This document shows positions 46,363 to 49,729 of a DNA stretch of 49,729 bases, piece after piece. The stretch's first letter is position 1; the number at the start of each line of letters is the position of its first letter. Source of the stretch: Candidatus Woesearchaeota archaeon. Its GTDB lineage: Archaea; Nanobdellota; Nanobdellia; Woesearchaeales; GW2011-AR9. The notes under the pieces are model-generated. The model made no database searches, was not told the DNA's origin, and worked only from the letters and a program-made list of their open reading frames with translations. A program made the translations under genes and the position numbers. The stretch spans positions 1-49,729 of the forward strand of contig JACQNE010000003.1 in assembly GCA_016203205.1 (NCBI GenBank), written 5' to 3'.

Positions 46363-47115
46363 TTACTCCCATTTCATTAGTCTGCTATGGTTTATTGTTT
46401 TGAGGGCAATCCTCTCACCATCATTCCTGGCTAATACGTGATCCAGAAGCCTTATTTCAAGGCCAGGACTTAATTTGCGTTCAATTTCAGCACAAAGCCA
46501 GTGGTAGGCCTTCTCCCTAAAGTCTGGATTGATGATCTGTGGTTTTTTCACACCACGGAGCTGAAGCCAATATTTGTCTTCCAAAGTACTGATAGCGCCA
46601 ATCAGCCCGTTGTGAACATGCCTGTAAAATGAATCACGAGGCATGGCAATTTCCCGGACAATCAAACCCTTGCCTTCCAAAACCTCAATGCTGGGATCAA
46701 ATTTATTCCCCCGATAGGCAACATGATTTAATCGATTTCCCCAGGTCCAGGCAACGCTGTAAGCATCTTTTTCTGTCTCCGTAACGATTCCCTGTTGGGT
46801 AAGATAATTCTCTTCTTCCTTTTCTTCCCGTTTTCTTTCTTCCACCAAAAAATGCTCCATCTGTTCTCGCTGCAACGTATCCTCTTTTTCGAGACGGTAT
46901 AACTCACGGTCAAAAACAAAAGCATACGCTGAATGGACCGCTTCTATATACTGAGCCAAACGATCCCACCGTTCTGCCGATCTGATCATTTTCTTCCATT
47001 CTTCAGGAGGAGGTGGCGGTGTTACTTGTAAAAACGGTGCCAGGCTTTTACCAGCGTAAATACAGCTCAAATCTCTTTCAGTATTTAGTACGTCCAACCT
47101 CTCTATTAAATCCAT
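46363..47115 (-). CDS. hypothetical protein
   Basis: An intact 250-aa ORF with a central E/K-rich stretch and no recognised motif. Confidence 0.35.
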   Translation of the reverse strand: MDLIERLDVLNTERDLSCIYAGKSLAPFLQVTPPPPPEEWKKMIRSAERWDRLAQYIEAVHSAYAFVFDRELYRLEKEDTLQREQMEHFLVEERKREEKEEENYLTQQGIVTETEKDAYSVAWTWGNRLNHVAYRGNKFDPSIEVLEGKGLIVREIAMPRDSFYRHVHNGLIGAISTLEDKYWLQLRGVKKPQIINPDFREKAYHWLCAEIERKLSPGLEIRLLDHVLARNDGERIALKTINHSRLMKWE

Positions 47116-47161
47116 CTGTAATTATGCATGACATTCAAATATAAATACTTTACTCCCCCAC

Positions 47162-47336
47162 GTACGTATTAAGTCTGTACTGGGCAGGTCGGCCTGCCTC
47201 GTCTCGCCCAGAAGCGGAGAGCAGTTAAACTGAAGAGCTATTCCTAAAAATAAGCGAGACTCTGGATTTCTGGCTCAAAGCCAACGCTCGGCAGGCCATC
47301 TTGACCCGACCCGCACAGACTTAACTTAATACGTAC
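47162..47336 (+). mobile_element. MITE family A, copy A6 (175 bp)
   Basis: gtacgtattaagtctgtac...gcacagacttaacttaatacgtac. The flanking octamers tcccccac and tcctccac match at 7 of 8 positions. Confidence 0.85.
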
Positions 47337-47397
47337 TCCTCCACCACAATAAACTTTATAAAACAATTTCGTTCTCGGATCGTAGGGGGTAGGGAAC

Positions 47398-48144
47398 ATG
47401 AAACTTGTCTTAGCAGAACCAAAATATTTTAAAGAGAGTATCAGTATTATTTCTGACTTAGTTACAGAAGCAAAATTTAAAGTTACATCAGCAGGTCTAG
47501 AGTTGGTTGCAATGGACCCGGCGAATGTTGCCATGGTCATCTTTAAGCTCTTGAGCAGTTCATTTGTGGAATGTAAAGTGAAAGGAACAGAGGAGCTAGC
47601 GGTTAACCTGAACCAATTGAAACAAATCCTGCGACGGGCTAAAAGTGATGACACAGTTACGCTGGAAACAACGGATGATGCCAAACTGACCATCCAATTT
47701 AAGAGTAATACGACGCGCTCTTTTTCCATCCCCACGCTGGATCTTGATGAGAAAGAGCAAAAAGTACCGGAATTGACTTTCCCATTGAGCGTGACAACAC
47801 ATTCATCCATTTTAGCTGATTCCATCGATGATGTCAGTGTCGTCGCAGAATCAGTCACTTTCCTGGGAGAAGCAAAGATGCTCTCCGTGAAAGCGGAAGG
47901 AGACTTGTCCAAAGCGTTTATTGAGATCAACGCTGATGAGAATACGGTGATCAAAGCTGCCGGAGATGCAAAACATAAAGCTAAATATTCCTTAGAATAT
48001 CTGAAGAAGATGGCTGCCGCAGGGAAGATGGCCGATCAGGTCAGCCTGCAGTTTAATAATGATTATCCATTGAAGTTAGAGTATAAAGTCACTGACCGGC
48101 TGTTGATGAGCTTTATTCTGGCACCAAGAGTGGATAATGATTAA
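47398..48144 (+). CDS. pcn: DNA polymerase sliding clamp (PCNA)
   Basis: Length, the N-terminal ...FKESISIISDLVTEAKFKVTSAGLELVAMDPANVAMV and the C-terminal ...LAPRVD are typical of archaeal PCNA. Confidence 0.93.
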   Translation: MKLVLAEPKYFKESISIISDLVTEAKFKVTSAGLELVAMDPANVAMVIFKLLSSSFVECKVKGTEELAVNLNQLKQILRRAKSDDTVTLETTDDAKLTIQFKSNTTRSFSIPTLDLDEKEQKVPELTFPLSVTTHSSILADSIDDVSVVAESVTFLGEAKMLSVKAEGDLSKAFIEINADENTVIKAAGDAKHKAKYSLEYLKKMAAAGKMADQVSLQFNNDYPLKLEYKVTDRLLMSFILAPRVDND

Positions 48145-48575
48145 ATTGCTACTCCCTCCGTGCCAAGAGGCAAATTATTTATAGAGATTAATTTATTGAG
48201 CGTATATGCCTCTTTATGGTGAAGGGATTTTGTGGTACATTTTGCTGGGAGATTGCCTTGTTTACAATGTTCTTTGCTGGACAAAAAAAAGATGGCACGA
48301 CAAAACGAGCCACTGGCTTTCCAGATATGTTCCTTTGAACAAAGTGCTGGGGCTCCTGTACTTATTTTCAATCCTCTGGACAGGAAGCACGCTCTGGAGA
48401 CTGGATATACTTCTCTTTCGTTAAATTCCCCATAGATATAAGCCAATACCATAAAGGTTATAAAACAACTATCCCTCTTTCTTTAAAATAGTAATGACAT
48501 TGGAGATAAAAACTGGTCACCTATTAAATGGTAAACGACTGGTTGAATATAATTAAGCTATGCCATTTACTATAA

Positions 48576-48616
48576 CGAAGGAACAAAGTAATTAATAAAA
48601 TTTGTTTGTTCCTTCG
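48576..48616. repeat. perfect 12-bp-arm palindrome
   Basis: cgaaggaacaaa [17 nt A+T loop] tttgttccttcg. Confidence 0.7.
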
Positions 48617-48619
48617 AAT

Positions 48620-48661
48620 ATAATAGCGGAACTTGTATTAACTACTTACTACCGCTATTAT
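48620..48661. repeat. perfect 10-bp-arm palindrome
   Basis: ataatagcgg [22 nt] ccgctattat, located 30 nt upstream of the dsbA-like start. Confidence 0.7.
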
Positions 48662-48692
48662 AAAACAACAATTAAATGAGGAGGTTACGAGG

Positions 48693-49406
48693 ATGGAACA
48701 ACAAGAACAACAAAAAGAACAGCAGAAAAAACCGGCTTCTGATCGGTTCTGGAAGTTTGCAACTGTCGCTTTGATCGTGGTCTTAGCAGTATTTGTATTT
48801 CGGAACAATGATAGTGGCCAGGCAGCGCCTACGGGAGGAGCAGTGGCCGTCGGTAATGGACAGGCTCCAACGGCGCCGGTTGATATGAAACAGCTCGTTG
48901 ACGACGATGCCGTCAAAGGGGACGCAAATGCGCCAGTGACCATTGTCGAATTTAGTGATTATGAATGCCCTTTCTGTGCCAGATTCTACGAACAGACCCT
49001 TTCGCAGATCAATGAGAAATATATCAAGACAGGAAAAGTGAAGTTTGTCTATCGGGACTTTCCTTTAAGTTTCCACCCTCAGGCACAGAAAGCAGCAGAA
49101 GCTGCAGAATGTGCTGGTGAGCAAGGTAAGTATTATGAAATGCACGATTTGTTGTTTGAAAAAGGAGTGCAGGGCGGGGTTGCCGGGTTCAAGCAATATG
49201 CTCAAGAACTGGGTTTGGATACCGGAAAATTCAATTCCTGCCTTGATTCTGGCCAAATGGCTGCAGAAATAAGAAAAGATATGGCAGATGGTGCAGCGGC
49301 CGGAGTCCAGGGAACACCGGGTTTCTTTGTCAATGGTATTGAAATCTCTGGAGCTCAGCCATTTGAAGTCTTCCAGCAAGTGATTGATGCAGCACTGGCA
49401 CAATAG
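48693..49406 (+). CDS. membrane-anchored DsbA-like thiol:disulfide oxidoreductase
   Basis: Has an N-terminal TM segment, a CPFC active site in the context FSDYECPFCARF, and GTPGFFVNG near the C-terminus. A GAGGAGG lies upstream. Confidence 0.8.
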   Translation: MEQQEQQKEQQKKPASDRFWKFATVALIVVLAVFVFRNNDSGQAAPTGGAVAVGNGQAPTAPVDMKQLVDDDAVKGDANAPVTIVEFSDYECPFCARFYEQTLSQINEKYIKTGKVKFVYRDFPLSFHPQAQKAAEAAECAGEQGKYYEMHDLLFEKGVQGGVAGFKQYAQELGLDTGKFNSCLDSGQMAAEIRKDMADGAAAGVQGTPGFFVNGIEISGAQPFEVFQQVIDAALAQ

Positions 49407-49505
49407 AAAGAAAAGAGAATTATCTTTTTTTATTTTTTTATTTGATGATTATTTTTCTCAAATTCTGATTGATACTCTTCTTGCAAGAAGTGTTATACTA
49501 TTTTT

Positions 49506-49729
49506 TGTATTTGTTTAGTTGACGGCAAGGCCAAATAGTGTATCCGAAGATGCTTTAATCTTTGCTTGGTGCGGAAATCCTCCTGTTCACTGCGAGAAGC
49601 GGAAAATATACCTGCCGATTTCCGCTTGGATATATAGCGAGCGTACGAAATAATCATAACATTCGCTCGCGATATACAAGCGGACGATACGGGTAAAATG
49701 ATGAGAATATCGTCCGCTCAGCATACGGC
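49506..49729. mobile_element. possible left end of a family D-like element, truncated by the window edge
   Basis: Starts tgtatttgtttag, the same terminus as 8828 and 14462. Hairpins follow (gcggaaa...tttccgc, gcgagcg...cgctcgc). The other end is not in the window. Confidence 0.3.

Noticed and set aside
10876-47336. Interpreting the recurring ~175-bp repeats as a CRISPR array or tandem repeat
   Set aside because: The copies are 3-12 kb apart, occur in both orientations, sit in separate intergenic regions, are about 175 bp long, and have inverted termini and flanking duplications. This is MITE behaviour, not CRISPR.
47244-47954. 236-aa ORF on the minus strand
   Set aside because: It lies entirely antisense to the well-supported PCNA gene and starts inside MITE A6. 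Its composition is Ser/Thr/Val-rich low complexity, typical of an antisense shadow ORF.
48141-48452. 103-aa minus-strand ORF and overlapping 67-72-aa plus-strand ORFs
   Set aside because: The compositions are Cys-, Trp- and Leu-rich and the ORFs overlap one another. None has a recognisable motif or plausible start context. The region is treated as non-coding.
1-49729. Search for a transposase, integrase, reverse transcriptase, rRNA or CRISPR-Cas genes
   Set aside because: None of the ORFs of 60 aa or longer shows DDE/RNase H-like, tyrosine or serine recombinase, RT or Cas signatures that I can recognise. No rRNA-like conserved strings were seen. The repeats therefore appear to be non-autonomous within this window.

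Overview
This is about 49.7 kb of a compact archaeal chromosome. Genes are tightly packed, with many 1-4 nt start/stop overlaps. Archaeal markers include Topo VI A/B, archaeal DnaG, aIF5B, aIF1A, PCNA, a RIO kinase with a Dim2-like KH protein, RNase J, type II GAPDH-like, ScpB and intron-containing tRNAs. Bacterial-type genes are mixed in: gyrA, lspA, lemA-htpX and a DsbA-like oxidoreductase. A small-genome, DPANN-like archaeon is my inference only. I call about 50 CDS and one VapBC pair. There are two tRNAs with non-canonical architecture. One is a three-intron tRNA-Arg(UCU). The other is a class-II-like tRNA with about 80 nt of extra internal sequence, followed by an exact 42-bp duplicate of its 3' end. 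There is one frameshifted methyltransferase. No rRNA, CRISPR array, transposase or integrase is visible. The most striking unannotated signal is a dense population of miniature inverted-repeat elements. At least four families fill nearly every intergenic spacer longer than about 150 bp. They carry terminal inverted repeats and 7-8 bp target-site duplications. They also show nesting, tandem re-use of one target octamer, and insertions that overlap gene ends and a promoter. Other leads are a structured GC-rich non-coding block upstream of dnaG, a cluster of paralogous small coiled-coil proteins, a non-canonical protein in the scpA slot, and A+T-rich orphan genes next to repeats or the tRNA. All product calls rest on motifs I recognised by eye. 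No searches were run.
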